Shown here one piece after another: positions 1-9,744 of a stretch of 64,000 nucleotides of DNA. The position numbers and the translations under genes are program-made. The notes under the pieces are model-generated. The model did no database searches. It was given only the letters and a program-made list of their open reading frames with translations, and was not told the origin of the DNA. The DNA lies in assembly GCA_964632945.1 (NCBI GenBank), contig CAZWCX010000007.1, positions 30,088-94,087 on the forward strand, written 5' to 3'. The DNA is from an uncultured Planctomycetia bacterium (lineage in GTDB: Bacteria > Planctomycetota > MHYJ01 > WSZJ01 > CAZWCX01). Within the stretch, counting starts at the first letter, position 1. The number at the start of each line of letters is the position of its first letter.

Positions 1-2382
1 CGCTCGAGCGCGGCGACGACCTCCTTCGGCGCCGCCGACTTGGGCAGGAAGTCGTCGATGCGACGACCCACCGAGAGATGGGGATCGGCGAGCGCCGATA
101 CGACGATGACGGGGACCTGCCGGTTTTCGTCCGACGCGCGCACGGCCTCGAGCACCTCCCTCCCGGAAGTCTCCCCGAGGTGCAGGTCGAGCGTGATGGC
201 GTCGAAGGGTTGCGCGCGAACGGTTCGAATCGCCTCTTCTCCCGTGGCGGCCGTAGAGACGGCGAAGCCCGCTTCACCGAGGACACGCCGCAACCAGGCC
301 CGCTCCTTCGGATCGTCCTCGATGACCAGGATGTGCGCCTGGTCCCGCGAGAGAGGCGACTCCCCGGCATCCTCCTCCGGGGGGGCGCCCTGCGCCGGCT
401 CCGCCTCGGGGGCGGGAGGGGCCTCGTGACGGGACGGCAGAACCGCAAAAAACGTGGAACCCTGCCCGGGACGGCTGTCCACCCCCACTTCCCCGCCCTG
501 CCCCTCCACCAGACGCTTGGTGAGCGCGAGACCAAGGCCGGTACCCGGATGGCGCTTGTCGGGCCCCTGTCTCAGTTGCTGAAATTCGCGGAACAGCCGG
601 TCCAGGTCGGCCGCCTCGATCCCGATCCCGGTGTCCTCGACCGCAAGGCGGATCCGGTCCGCGCCTTCCGCGGTCGCGCGGATCGTGACGCGACCCTCCT
701 CGGGTGTGAACTTGATCGCGTTGGAGAGGAAGTTGTACAGCACCTGCTTCAGGCGCGCGGGGTCGAGGCGGACCGGGCCGAGCCCGTCGGCCACCTCGAT
801 CGTCAACCCGATTCGCTTGCGGGCCGCCGCCGTGCGCACGATTTCACAGACCTCCGCCACGGTCTTCGCCAGGTCGATGTCGACCGGATGGAACTCCAAC
901 TTCCCGGCCTCGACTTTCGACAGGTCCAGGATGTCGTTGATCAACTGCAGCAGATGCCCGGCGCTCGTCAGCACGTGGCCGAGGCACTCCCGCTGGGCAT
1001 CGTCCATCCTCCCGACTTCGCCGTCGTGAAGCAGGCGCGCAAACCCGAGGATGCCGTTGAGCGGCGTGCGGATCTCGTGCGACATGTTGGCGAGAAACTC
1101 GCTCTTCACCCGGCTCGCGGTGTGCGCGGCCAACGTGGCCTCTTCCAGAGCGTTCGACTTGTGCTGGAGTTCCTCCTGCTGACGGCGGATCGCGGTGATG
1201 TCGCGCGCGGCGGCGAAGATCCGTTGCCGGTCGGGGGACGCCACCGCGCTCCAAAGCAAACGGCGATAGGACCCGTCGCGGGTCCGGTAGCGATTCTCGA
1301 ACCGGCGGGTGGTTCCGCCGACGGACAGATGCTGCGCCTCGGCCCGGGTGGCGGCCCGATCCTCTTCATGCACGAAATCCAGGTAGGGTCTTCCCAACAG
1401 TTCCTCCAGCGAATAGCCCAAGGTCTGCGTCCACGCCGGATTCAACCGCCGGAACCGGCCTTCGGTATCGGCGATGCACAGCAAATCCAGCGACAGTGAG
1501 AAGAACCCGTCGCGCTCGATCTCCAGCTCGCGGAGGTGGGTGACTTCCCGCAAGATGCCGATGACGCAGGGGGCTGGGCGGCGGCCCGGGCTGAGGGTGC
1601 CCCGTACCGCGACGCGACGGCCGTCGCGCGCGAGGAGGTCCGCTTCGATCTCCTGGTGACGGGCGTGCCGCGAGGCTCGTTCGAAGGCGAGGCGAACCTG
1701 CTCCCGGCACTCCGGGGCGACCAGGTTCCAGAACGATTCCTGCGGTCGCTCCTCTCCCGGGTACCCGAGCGTGCGGCGCCACAGTTCATTGACGTAGACG
1801 ATCCGGCCGTCCAGGGCGACGTTCTGGAGCAGGACCGCGGAGTTCTCGATCAGGTCCTCATATTCCGCCTTGGAGATGGCGAGCTCCCGGGTGGCGCGGC
1901 GCAGTTCGAGCTGGATCGACACCTGGCGTCCCAGGATTCGCAGGGCGGTCTTCTGGGCCTCGGTCAGCGATCGCGGGACTGCGTCGATGACACACAACGT
2001 GCCGAGTGCGTGGCCGTCCGACGTGACCAGGGGCATGCCGGCGTAGAATTGCATCGGCGGCCTTGCCGTGACGAGCGGATTGTCGAAGAACCGCTCGTCC
2101 CCGGCGGCGTCGGCGACGATCATGAGATCGCTGCCGTGGATGGCATGCGCGCAAAAGGAAATGTCGCGCGGCGTTTCGATCGCGGCCAGCCCAACCCGTG
2201 CCTTGAACCATTGCCGTGCGCGATCGACCAGGCTGATCAGGGCGATCGGCGTGGCGCAGATCGTCGCCGCGAGGGCTGCCACATCGTCAAATTCTGCTTC
2301 GGGTTGCGTGTCGAGGATGCCCGTTTCCCGCAGCGCTTGAAGCCGTTCCGCCTCCTTGGCAGGCAGCGCAGCGATCTTCATG
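1..2382 (-). CDS. Hybrid sensor histidine kinase with GAF, PAS, PAS, HisKA, HATPase_c and C-terminal receiver domains. The gene runs off the window start and is absent from the supplied ORF track.
   Basis: The reverse-complement translation from the ATG at 2382 reads MKIAALPAKEAERLQALRETGILD. It continues through an H-box (SHEIRTPLNGILGF), a G-box region and a REC-like C-terminus (HILVIEDDP...DAITLDLHL). The reading frame stays open to position 1. Confidence 0.85.
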
Positions 2383-2733
2383 GGACCTCCCGGTCGCCTT
2401 GTCCGATCCGCTTCTCCCTGATGTCAGCCTAGACCTGCCGCTCCCGATGCGTCAAGGCAATCCTCCTCGGGGATGATACGGGGGGCGCATACGCGCAGGT
2501 TTCGCTCCGGGTTCGAGATTTCGCTTCCGACGTGCCGATGACCCGAGGGGGATCGTCGGGACCGCTGCGGAGCGACCGCGGGGACGACGACGGAGCGACC
2601 TGAAGCGGCGGCCGCGCCGCCCGTTCGGTCCCGCGGCTCCTCCCGGTGCCGGAATTGGCTCGACATTCCCCCGCACGGACTTAGAATCCACCCATTCGGA
2701 ATTCGAGGTTCGTCAATCAGGGAGGATCTCCGC

Positions 2734-3666
2734 ATGGCACGCCCCCGGATCGCGGTTGTTGGCGGCGGCTTCGTCGGCTCGACGACGGCCCAGAGACTGA
2801 TCGAGAAGGAGCTCGGCGACGTCATCCTCGCCGACATCGTCGAAGGCATGCCCCAGGGCAAGGCGCTCGACATGCTCGAGTCCGGACCGGTCGAGGGATA
2901 CGACGGCCGGATGATCGGAACCAACTCGATGGACGACCTCAAGGCGTGCGACGTCGTCGTCATGACCGCCGGTTTTCCGCGCAAGCCCGGAATGACCCGC
3001 GATGATCTCCTCAAGGCGAATGCCGACATCGTCGGCGGCGTGATGGAGAAGGTGAAGAAGCACAGCCCGAACGCGATCGTCGTGGTCGTGACCAACCCCC
3101 TCGACGTCATGACTTACCTGGCGTACAAGGTGACGGGGTTCCCCAAGCACCGCGTCGTCGGCATGGCCGGCGTCCTCGACTCCGCGCGATTCAGCTACTT
3201 CATCAGCGAAGCGCTCGACTGCTCGATGAAGGACATCCGCGCGATGGTGATGGGCGGACACGGCGACAGTATGGTCCCGATGCCGAGGTACAGCACGGTC
3301 AACGGCATCCCGATCACCGACCTCCTGCCGGCCGACAAGATCGCCGCGCTCGTCCAGCGGACCCGTGACGGCGGCGCCGAAATCGTGAAACTGCTCAAGA
3401 CCGGCAGCGCCTACTACGCGCCCTCCGCCTCGGTCGTTGCGATGGTGGCGAGCATTCTCCGCGATGAAAAGCGGATCCTGCCGTCCTGCGCCATCCTGGA
3501 AGGGGAGTTCGGCCTCAAGGACGTGGCGGTCGGCGTGCCGGCGAAACTCGGCCACAAGGGTCTCGAGCAGGTCGTGCAGCTCAAGCTGACCGCGGAAGAG
3601 GACGAGATGCTCAAGAAGTCCGCCGCCGGGGTGCAGGAACAGCTGAAATTCCTCAAGCTGATTTGA
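2734..3666 (+). CDS. mdh: NAD-dependent malate dehydrogenase of the LDH-like type.
   Basis: N-terminal Rossmann motif IAVVGGGFVGST. Conserved MDH blocks are present (VVVMTAGFPRKPGMTRDDLL, VVVTNPLD, GGHGDSMVP). A GGGAGG ribosome-binding site sits 9 nt upstream of the ATG. Confidence 0.95.
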   Translation: MARPRIAVVGGGFVGSTTAQRLIEKELGDVILADIVEGMPQGKALDMLESGPVEGYDGRMIGTNSMDDLKACDVVVMTAGFPRKPGMTRDDLLKANADIVGGVMEKVKKHSPNAIVVVVTNPLDVMTYLAYKVTGFPKHRVVGMAGVLDSARFSYFISEALDCSMKDIRAMVMGGHGDSMVPMPRYSTVNGIPITDLLPADKIAALVQRTRDGGAEIVKLLKTGSAYYAPSASVVAMVASILRDEKRILPSCAILEGEFGLKDVAVGVPAKLGHKGLEQVVQLKLTAEEDEMLKKSAAGVQEQLKFLKLI

Positions 3667-3677
3667 CCGGACAGGGC

Positions 3678-4649
3678 ATGGACACCGGGCCGGACGCATC
3701 GGACGGGCCGGGCGGCGGCGGCGCGCGCGCGGCGCCGCCGTCTGCGCTCTCGCGCCGGGAGGCGCTGACGGCCGGGGTGCGGATCCTCGCCTCCGTGGCC
3801 CTGGCCGCATGGCTGCCGCGCGCGGCGGCCCAGCAGGGCGGCGGCGGCGATTCCGGGATCCCCCGCCCGCGGGGACTTTGCTTCGGTCCGGACGGCCTCC
3901 TGTTCGCCACCGCCCTCGTTCCCGGCGCCGGATACGACCTCGTGCGCCTCGCGCCGGACGGGACCTCCGTCGACTCGATGACCTTCGGGACCGAGTTGCC
4001 GGGCGGACCGCTCAACCTGCCCACCCGCGTCCTCCGGTTCAACGACGACACCCTGGCGGTCGCGGAAACCAATGCGTGCCGGGTCCGTTTCTTCGGCCTG
4101 GACGGATCGCCGGGTCGGATCATCGGCGGGCCCGGCTTCACTCCCGGCTTCTTCCACTACCCGACCGGGCTGGCGGTGCACGACGGCCTGCTCTGGGTGT
4201 CGGACACGGGCAACCATCGGGTGCAGAGGCTGGACCGCTACGGATCGGTCGAGGGATCGGTGGGGATGCTCGGGGATGCGCCCGAGCGTTTGCGCCGGCC
4301 CGGGGACGTGGCGGTCATGCCCGACGGGACGCTGGCGGTCCTGGATGCCGGCCATTCGGCCGTGAAGACGTTCGACCGCGACGGCCGCCTGCGGGGCGTG
4401 CTGCCGTTGCCCGCGCCTCCCGGGGGTGCCGGCCCCCTGGCGATGACCGGCATTCCCGACTCGTTCGACCTGCTGGTGGCCGTGGACGGCGCCGGACTCT
4501 GGCGCGTGGATGGGCGCGGCGGCTCGCGGGTCCTGCTCGAGGGCGGGAAGGGGCGGGGAATCACGGCCCTGGCGTCGGATCCGGCCGGGGGACGGTTCGC
4601 GGCAGCGGAAGCGTCCACCGGACGGATCCACGTCTTCTCCGGAATCTGA
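3678..4649 (+). CDS. NHL-repeat beta-propeller protein with a twin-arginine (Tat) signal peptide. The start could alternatively be the TTG at 3663, which overlaps the mdh stop.
   Basis: An SRREAL motif followed by a hydrophobic region and an AAAQ cleavage-like site. Repeated NHL-like blocks are present (LWVSDTGNHRVQRLD, VAVMPDGTLAVLDAGHSAVKTFD). Confidence 0.7.
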   Translation: MDTGPDASDGPGGGGARAAPPSALSRREALTAGVRILASVALAAWLPRAAAQQGGGGDSGIPRPRGLCFGPDGLLFATALVPGAGYDLVRLAPDGTSVDSMTFGTELPGGPLNLPTRVLRFNDDTLAVAETNACRVRFFGLDGSPGRIIGGPGFTPGFFHYPTGLAVHDGLLWVSDTGNHRVQRLDRYGSVEGSVGMLGDAPERLRRPGDVAVMPDGTLAVLDAGHSAVKTFDRDGRLRGVLPLPAPPGGAGPLAMTGIPDSFDLLVAVDGAGLWRVDGRGGSRVLLEGGKGRGITALASDPAGGRFAAAEASTGRIHVFSGI

Positions 4650-4661
4650 GGGCGGCCCGCG

Positions 4662-6299
4662 ATGCAGGCGTTGACCGGCTGGCTGGGAGTGGCGGCCGTC
4701 TTCGGAATCCTCCGGACCGTGCAGGCCGGTGGGGTCGGGGGAGACGCCCGGCGCAGGTGGGTGGGGGCGATCTCCGTCGGCGCGCTCGGACTCGCGGCGT
4801 GGACGGCCTGCGGGGACCCGGTGACGGCGCTGCGGCGGACCCTCGCGGGCGTCCCGCTTTCCCCCGTGCTTTCGCTCTACCTGGGACTCGTGGCGGGCGT
4901 ATTGCTCCGGGCTGCCGGGGTCGGGGGGCTGATCCGCGACGGCGCCAAGAGGGCGAGCGCGGCCTGGGGGAGTCCGGCCGCCGTGGCCGCCGGGCTCAGT
5001 CTGTTTCCGCTCGTCTTCGCCCTTCCCTGCGGTCACGGTCTGGCGCTCGCGGTGTTGGTTGCCGTGACCGGACCGGACGGGGGAATGGGTCTGAATCCCG
5101 CGCAGTCCCGGGTCCTCGGGTCGGCGTTCCTTCGCACGGCCTATGGGGCCTGCGCGGCGGCCGCGCTCGGGGGGATCGCCCGGGTGGGGGAGGCCGCCCT
5201 GGCCGGGCCGGGAATGCCGGGAAGCACCGACCGGTTGCGCGCCCCGCAGTTGTTCTCGCTGGTGCTCGCGGCCGGGGCCACCGCCGTCTTCGCGCGCGCG
5301 CTGCGGTCGCCTGCGCGGGAAACCACGCCGGGCGAGGAACCTCCCCCCGGGCCGCCGGAAGTCGGCTCCGGTCCGGGCGGGGCCGCGGGGATCGCGGGGG
5401 TCCCGTCGCTCCTCGCACTGGTCTTTCTTCTGGTCCTGTTCGCGTCCGCGCATGTGGCCGTACGCCGGGTCGACCCGCTCACCTGGCTTGCGGCAGGCGT
5501 GGGGGGGTTGGCGATCGTGGCCGGGCTGGCCGGTCGGATCGCGCCGTCCCGCGTGCTGTCCGAAACGCCCGCCGGCCCGGTGGTCGACATGGCGCTCGGA
5601 CTGCTCCTGGCCGGCGGACTCGAGGCCGCGGGCGGTTTCCGGGTCATCGGCGATGCGCTGGCCCTCCCCGCGGGCTGGGCATTTCCGGGACCGGCGGGCG
5701 TGATGATCCTGCTCATCCACCTCCCGCTCCTGCTTCCGCTCGCCTGCGGTCGGGTGGTGGCGACGGCGCTCATTCCCCTGGTGGCCTCCGCAGGACCGTT
5801 GGGCGCGGGCGTGCTGACGACGACCGGGGTGACGGTCTGCGTCGGTGCATTCACCCTGTTCGCCGCGATGTCGTGCGTCGTTTCCCCTGCCGGCGGTTGC
5901 CTGGCCTGGGCGCGGGGAGCGGGGACGGACCTCGCGCAGGATCGCGTGCGTGACGCGCTCAATCTGGCGGCGATCGGGACCGCGGCGCCGCTGCTGGCGG
6001 CGTACCTGCGCTGGATGTCGGCGCCGCGGCCGCAACCGCTGGCGACCCTGCTGGCGGCCGCGGCGGTGATCGGCGCTGCCTGGCTCGTTCTGAATCGTCT
6101 GGTCCGACCTGCCTCGGTTCCGGAACCGCGGAGGGGGCGGCTCACGCTCGCGTTCGCAACGCTGGGGCTTTTATCGGGCGCCGCCACGGCCGGGTTGGCC
6201 GGTCTGCCCCTCGCCGGGGCAATCCTCGGCGGCGGGGGGGCCGGGGCATTGGCCGGGGGCGCCATGGCCCTGGTCCATCCGGAGGAGCCACGCGCATGA
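4662..6299 (+). CDS. Polytopic integral membrane protein of unknown function, with roughly 12 to 14 predicted helices.
   Basis: Long uninterrupted hydrophobic Ala/Gly/Leu/Val helical segments throughout. It starts 13 nt after the NHL gene, and its stop overlaps the next start as ATGA. Confidence 0.6.
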   Translation: MQALTGWLGVAAVFGILRTVQAGGVGGDARRRWVGAISVGALGLAAWTACGDPVTALRRTLAGVPLSPVLSLYLGLVAGVLLRAAGVGGLIRDGAKRASAAWGSPAAVAAGLSLFPLVFALPCGHGLALAVLVAVTGPDGGMGLNPAQSRVLGSAFLRTAYGACAAAALGGIARVGEAALAGPGMPGSTDRLRAPQLFSLVLAAGATAVFARALRSPARETTPGEEPPPGPPEVGSGPGGAAGIAGVPSLLALVFLLVLFASAHVAVRRVDPLTWLAAGVGGLAIVAGLAGRIAPSRVLSETPAGPVVDMALGLLLAGGLEAAGGFRVIGDALALPAGWAFPGPAGVMILLIHLPLLLPLACGRVVATALIPLVASAGPLGAGVLTTTGVTVCVGAFTLFAAMSCVVSPAGGCLAWARGAGTDLAQDRVRDALNLAAIGTAAPLLAAYLRWMSAPRPQPLATLLAAAAVIGAAWLVLNRLVRPASVPEPRRGRLTLAFATLGLLSGAATAGLAGLPLAGAILGGGGAGALAGGAMALVHPEEPRA

Positions 6300-6454
6300 T
6301 CGAACATCTGCTGGTTTTCGTCGCCGCAGGCGCGCTTTCCGGCGCACTCACCGGCCACGCGCTCGATCTTCGCCGCGGCCGGGAACTCGCGCAGGCTGCC
6401 GCCGGGGGCGCGGTCATGGGTCTGTTGATCGCCCTCACCGTGAGGCCGTCATGA
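6296..6454 (+). CDS. 52-aa small membrane peptide, translationally coupled to both neighbouring genes.
   Basis: ATGA start/stop overlaps occur at both ends (6296 and 6451). The sequence MIEHLLVFVAAGALSGALTGHALD...VMGLLIALTV has two short hydrophobic stretches. Confidence 0.4.
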   Translation: MIEHLLVFVAAGALSGALTGHALDLRRGRELAQAAAGGAVMGLLIALTVRPS

Positions 6455-6927
6455 CCGATGCCCCCGTTCCCCCCGCCCTTCCCCCCCCGGCGGTCGGCGA
6501 GGTCGCACTGCCGGCCGCCGCGGTCGCCGCCGCCGCCCTGGGAGCAAGATTCGCGCTTGCTCTCGGGCCCGGCGCGACCGACGCCCTCGCGTGCGCCTCG
6601 TGTCGCGCCTGCGATGCGACCGGCGACCTCTGCCCGGCGGGGATCCCGTTCATCTCCGAAATGGCGCGCGCCGCCCACACCGGCGACCTGGACCGGTTCG
6701 TCCGCGCCCGCGGCCTTCTCTGCGTCCGTTGCGAAAATTGCTCCGCCGCCTGCCCGGCGAATCTCGACCTCACCGGCCTGTTCGCCGTCGCCCAACAGCA
6801 GGCCCGCGTCGCCCTCGCGGCAGGAATCTGGCCGGCGCCGCTGACGGAAGCCGCCCTCGCCGAGGGCTGGCTCGGTCCGACTTTCTTCCCCTCGTTCCAA
6901 CGCGGGCGCGATCGGCGGGGAGGGTAG
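6451..6927 (+). CDS. Ferredoxin-like protein with two [4Fe-4S] clusters.
   Basis: Two canonical cluster motifs are present: CASCRACDATGDLCP and CVRCENCSAACP. Both fit the CxxCxxCx(3-6)CP pattern. A hydrophobic N-terminal segment may act as a membrane anchor. Confidence 0.65.
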   Translation: MTDAPVPPALPPPAVGEVALPAAAVAAAALGARFALALGPGATDALACASCRACDATGDLCPAGIPFISEMARAAHTGDLDRFVRARGLLCVRCENCSAACPANLDLTGLFAVAQQQARVALAAGIWPAPLTEAALAEGWLGPTFFPSFQRGRDRRGG

Positions 6928-6931
6928 TGGG

Positions 6932-7684
6932 TTGATCGCATTCCGCGGGTTCCTGACCCTGACCGTCCTCGTCGGGCTCCTCTTCGAGGATGCTCGACTC
7001 CTGTTCTTTCTCGCCGCCCTGGGAATCTGGGCGCTGGATCGGTTCGTCCGCATCGGGCTCGCGCCCTGCGGAAAGGGGACCTCCGCGCCGGTTCGCGGCG
7101 CGCGCTTCCGACTCGTTCTGCGCGCGCTATCTCCCCCCGCCGTCCCGCTCGTCCTCCTGCTCGGACTGTCGTTCCCCGCCGCGCGCGCCCTCGCGTCCTG
7201 GCGCGACACCCACGCCGGGCAGGTGCGCGCCTTGCCGAAGGCGACCCTGCGGGACGGCATCTGGTTCGGCCAAGGACAGGGATTGCGGGGTCCGGTTCGC
7301 GTGGCCGTGGAGGTGCGCGAGGGCAGGGTCCGCGACGTCCGTCTCCTGGCCGTCGCCGAGACGATTTCGGTGGGGGAGACCGCGATCGAGACGCTGCGAG
7401 CCGAGATGCTGGATTCCGGTCACGCGCCCGAGCGGCTCGTCACCGGCGCTACCCATGCCTCGCAGGGGTTCCGCGATGCCGTTCACGCGGCGCTCGTCGC
7501 CTCCGCCTTCGGCGCCCCGCAGCTGCCGGCGATGGCCCGCGTCTTCCTCTTCTTCACGCACAGCGATCTGCGCTTCCCGATGCTCAACGAGGTCGCCGCC
7601 CTTCTGGTCGGCGCCGCCCTCCTGGCCGGCCTCGTGGGCGGCGTTCGCCTTTCGCGCGGGTCGGGCGCGCGGCCGACCTCCTGA
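6932..7684 (+). CDS. Membrane protein with an FMN-binding domain and a candidate flavinylation motif. A TTG start is taken from the track.
   Basis: N-terminal transmembrane helices are followed by an FMN_bind-like core (GIWFGQGQGLRGPVRVAVEVREGRVRDVRLLAVAETISVGE). The motif LVTGATHAS resembles the [ST]GA[ST] site that ApbE flavinylates in NqrC and RnfG. A hydrophobic helix sits at the C-terminus. Confidence 0.6.
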   Translation: MIAFRGFLTLTVLVGLLFEDARLLFFLAALGIWALDRFVRIGLAPCGKGTSAPVRGARFRLVLRALSPPAVPLVLLLGLSFPAARALASWRDTHAGQVRALPKATLRDGIWFGQGQGLRGPVRVAVEVREGRVRDVRLLAVAETISVGETAIETLRAEMLDSGHAPERLVTGATHASQGFRDAVHAALVASAFGAPQLPAMARVFLFFTHSDLRFPMLNEVAALLVGAALLAGLVGGVRLSRGSGARPTS

Positions 7685-7750
7685 CGCCGACCGTCCGGAA
7701 CGGCGGATTCGATCCGCAGAGCGCCGAGCCGGGCGCAAGGAGGCTGGGGG

Positions 7751-8110
7751 TCAGTCGCCGGTGGGAACCACCGTGGCGGCCTCCACCATCAGCACCACGG
7801 TTCGCCCCGGCGCGCGCGTGCGGTGCACGACTCCGCGCGGGACCATCAACCCCTGCCGGGGGGCGAGTTCCACCGTCCGGCCTTCGAAGTCCAGGAACAA
7901 CCGCCCGTCGATGACGTAGAAGAACTCGTCCTCCTTGTCGTGCTTGTGCCAGTGAAACTCCCCTTCGAACACCCCGAGGCGCGCCACACAGTCGTTGATG
8001 CGGCACAGGCTCTGGTTCCACCACTTCTCGGGGCACTCGTCGGCCAGGCGCCCCGCATCGACCAGTTCGAGCGGTCCGTATTTGACGTCGGTGTGGATCG
8101 CGTAGTCCAT
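7751..8110 (-). CDS. Cupin-domain protein.
   Basis: Classic cupin motifs are present (GEFHWHKHDKEDEFFYVIDGRL...GLMVPRGVVHRT). The ATG was verified at 8110. Confidence 0.85.
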   Translation of the reverse strand: MDYAIHTDVKYGPLELVDAGRLADECPEKWWNQSLCRINDCVARLGVFEGEFHWHKHDKEDEFFYVIDGRLFLDFEGRTVELAPRQGLMVPRGVVHRTRAPGRTVVLMVEAATVVPTGD

Positions 8111-8207
8111 GGGGCCATGCTCCGAATCGGATCCGCCGAATCACCCCGGGTGGTTCCGCCGTCGCGGCGGGGATGGAAATCGCCCGTCACCCGGCTACAA
8201 TGTTCCG

Positions 8208-9023
8208 ATGATCCCTGCAATGCCCGCTCCGGTCGAAGTGCCGCGCCGGACCGATACGGGGGCCGCCCCGACGCCGTCCGGTCCCGATTTCGCGCGCCTG
8301 CTTGCACTCGCGCTCGTGCCCCAGGCCGGGATGTGGGCCGCGGTCATGACGCTCTCCTTCGCGACCCTCGAGCGGATCGAGGCGGGGGAGCGCGTGCTGC
8401 GTTCCCCGCTGGGCGGACTGCTCCGGTTCGGGGAGCCCTGGACGGCCGTGTGCGTGTCCGGCGCGGGGATTCTGCTGGGTCTGGTCGTGGCGGCGATCCC
8501 GGGCGCCGGGCGGGAACGCGCCCGGGTCATCCAGGGACTCGGTCTCGCCTTCACCGCCGCGCTGGTCGTCTGGTCGCACGCGTCCCTTACCGCGCTTCCG
8601 TTTCTCGCCGAAGTCCTGGGCGAGGCGACCCCCACACCCGCGCACGCCTGGGCCCTGGTTCCGGTCGCATTGGGCGCGCTCCTGCTCCTCTACCTGTGGA
8701 TCCTCGGCGACGACGGCAAGGGGGCCTTCCCGACCCTGGAAATCGCCCACCTGTTCGTTCTCGTCGCCGCGCTCTCCCTCCCCTTCGTGAGCTGGGACAT
8801 GGATCGGCGGTTGCCCCTCGACCTGGCGCTCCTGTGGAGCGGTTCGCTGGGGGCGGCGCTGGCCGGCCTGGTTTCCGGCTTCGCCCTCGACCGCGCCTGG
8901 CGAACGATGGCGCAACCGCACCGCGGATTCGGTCCCTGGTTCATCCTGGTCGTGTCGAGCGCGACCGCCTTGGCCGTGGTCCGTCGTCTGACCTACGTCT
9001 TCGACGTCGCGACCGGCCGGTAG
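8208..9023 (+). CDS. Hypothetical integral membrane protein with roughly 6 to 7 helices. The first in-frame ATG is at 8208; the track's 8109 start is less likely.
   Basis: Multiple hydrophobic helices (ILLGLVVAAIPGA, ALVPVALGALLLLYLWIL, HLFVLVAALSLPFV). No recognisable catalytic motif. Confidence 0.5.
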   Translation: MIPAMPAPVEVPRRTDTGAAPTPSGPDFARLLALALVPQAGMWAAVMTLSFATLERIEAGERVLRSPLGGLLRFGEPWTAVCVSGAGILLGLVVAAIPGAGRERARVIQGLGLAFTAALVVWSHASLTALPFLAEVLGEATPTPAHAWALVPVALGALLLLYLWILGDDGKGAFPTLEIAHLFVLVAALSLPFVSWDMDRRLPLDLALLWSGSLGAALAGLVSGFALDRAWRTMAQPHRGFGPWFILVVSSATALAVVRRLTYVFDVATGR

Positions 9024-9082
9024 AAGAGGTTGGGGAGCCATCTTTCCGCGGCGTTCGGGCGGACGCCACGCTTGTGCCGGCA

Positions 9083-9496
9083 TCACCGGTAGCGGTCCTC
9101 CAGGACGTCGTCGAGGCCGAAGATGTCCCGGGTGAGTTCGCAGCTCTGCGCCCCCTCCGGGCCGGTCACGGTGACCAGGTCCATCCGGGCTTCGCAGTCG
9201 GAGAGCCCGTGGCGGGTCAGGTACTCGAGCGCGGCGAAGGCCATCCGTCGCCGCTGGGCGAAGATCAGCCGCTCGCCGCCGTCCACGCCGGGGTCACCCG
9301 GGGCGACCGTCTTGATTTCGACGAAGCAGATCACCTCGTCGGCCATGGCGATGACATCGACCTCGCCCCGGCGGGTGCGGAATCCCTGCGCCAGGATGCG
9401 ATACCCCGCGGCGGTCAGGAACGCCAAGGCCCGATCCTCTCCCCGGCGGCCGCGTTCGCGGTTGGCGCGACCCCGGCGAACGGGTTCGCGCCGCAT
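9083..9496 (-). CDS. yraN: YraN/UPF0102-family predicted endonuclease.
   Basis: The sequence GEDRALAFLTAAGYRILAQGFRTRRGEVDVIAMADEVICFVEIKT matches the YraN core. The ATG was verified at 9496. This is the real C-terminal part of the track ORF 9083..10081. Confidence 0.8.
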   Translation of the reverse strand: MRREPVRRGRANRERGRRGEDRALAFLTAAGYRILAQGFRTRRGEVDVIAMADEVICFVEIKTVAPGDPGVDGGERLIFAQRRRMAFAALEYLTRHGLSDCEARMDLVTVTGPEGAQSCELTRDIFGLDDVLEDRYR

Positions 9497-9519
9497 GGGG
9501 GGATCCTGCTCCGGCGCCG

Positions 9520-9744
9520 TCACTTCTGCTGCCGGATCCAGTTCGACAGGATGTGCCCGACCTCGTGATAGAACTCGGACTCGATCGTGCGGACCTCCTC
9601 GGGGTCGAGCGATCCGAGGTCGTGGATCATCTGCGTCACCTGCGACGAGACGTCCTTGTCCAGGCTGGCCAGCAGCTTGGAGCCGAGTTCGCGTCGTTGA
9701 TTGAGGAGGATGGTGAGAATTGCCACCCGTCTCGCCCCGGTCAT
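9520..9744 (-). CDS. 74-aa all-helical small protein. Its start overlaps the acyl-CoA synthetase stop as ATGA.
   Basis: The acyl-CoA synthetase TGA (9741-9743) overlaps the ATG at 9742-9744. The sequence RRVAILTILLNQRRELGSKLLASLDKDVSSQVTQMI...EFYHEV resembles the helical N-domains of FliG and MgtE. Confidence 0.5.
   Translation of the reverse strand: MTGARRVAILTILLNQRRELGSKLLASLDKDVSSQVTQMIHDLGSLDPEEVRTIESEFYHEVGHILSNWIRQQK

Noticed and set aside
222-232. GGTTCGAATCG, which resembles a tRNA T-loop.
   Set aside because: It lies inside the well-supported histidine-kinase reading frame. There is no acceptor or anticodon stem context, so it is not a tRNA.
3414-6035. 873-aa minus-strand ORF overlapping the NHL and membrane-protein genes.
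   Set aside because: It has an extreme Arg/Pro/Gly/His composition (RRRG, GRQ and similar runs) typical of antisense frames in ~70% GC DNA. It has no motifs and overlaps well-supported plus-strand genes.
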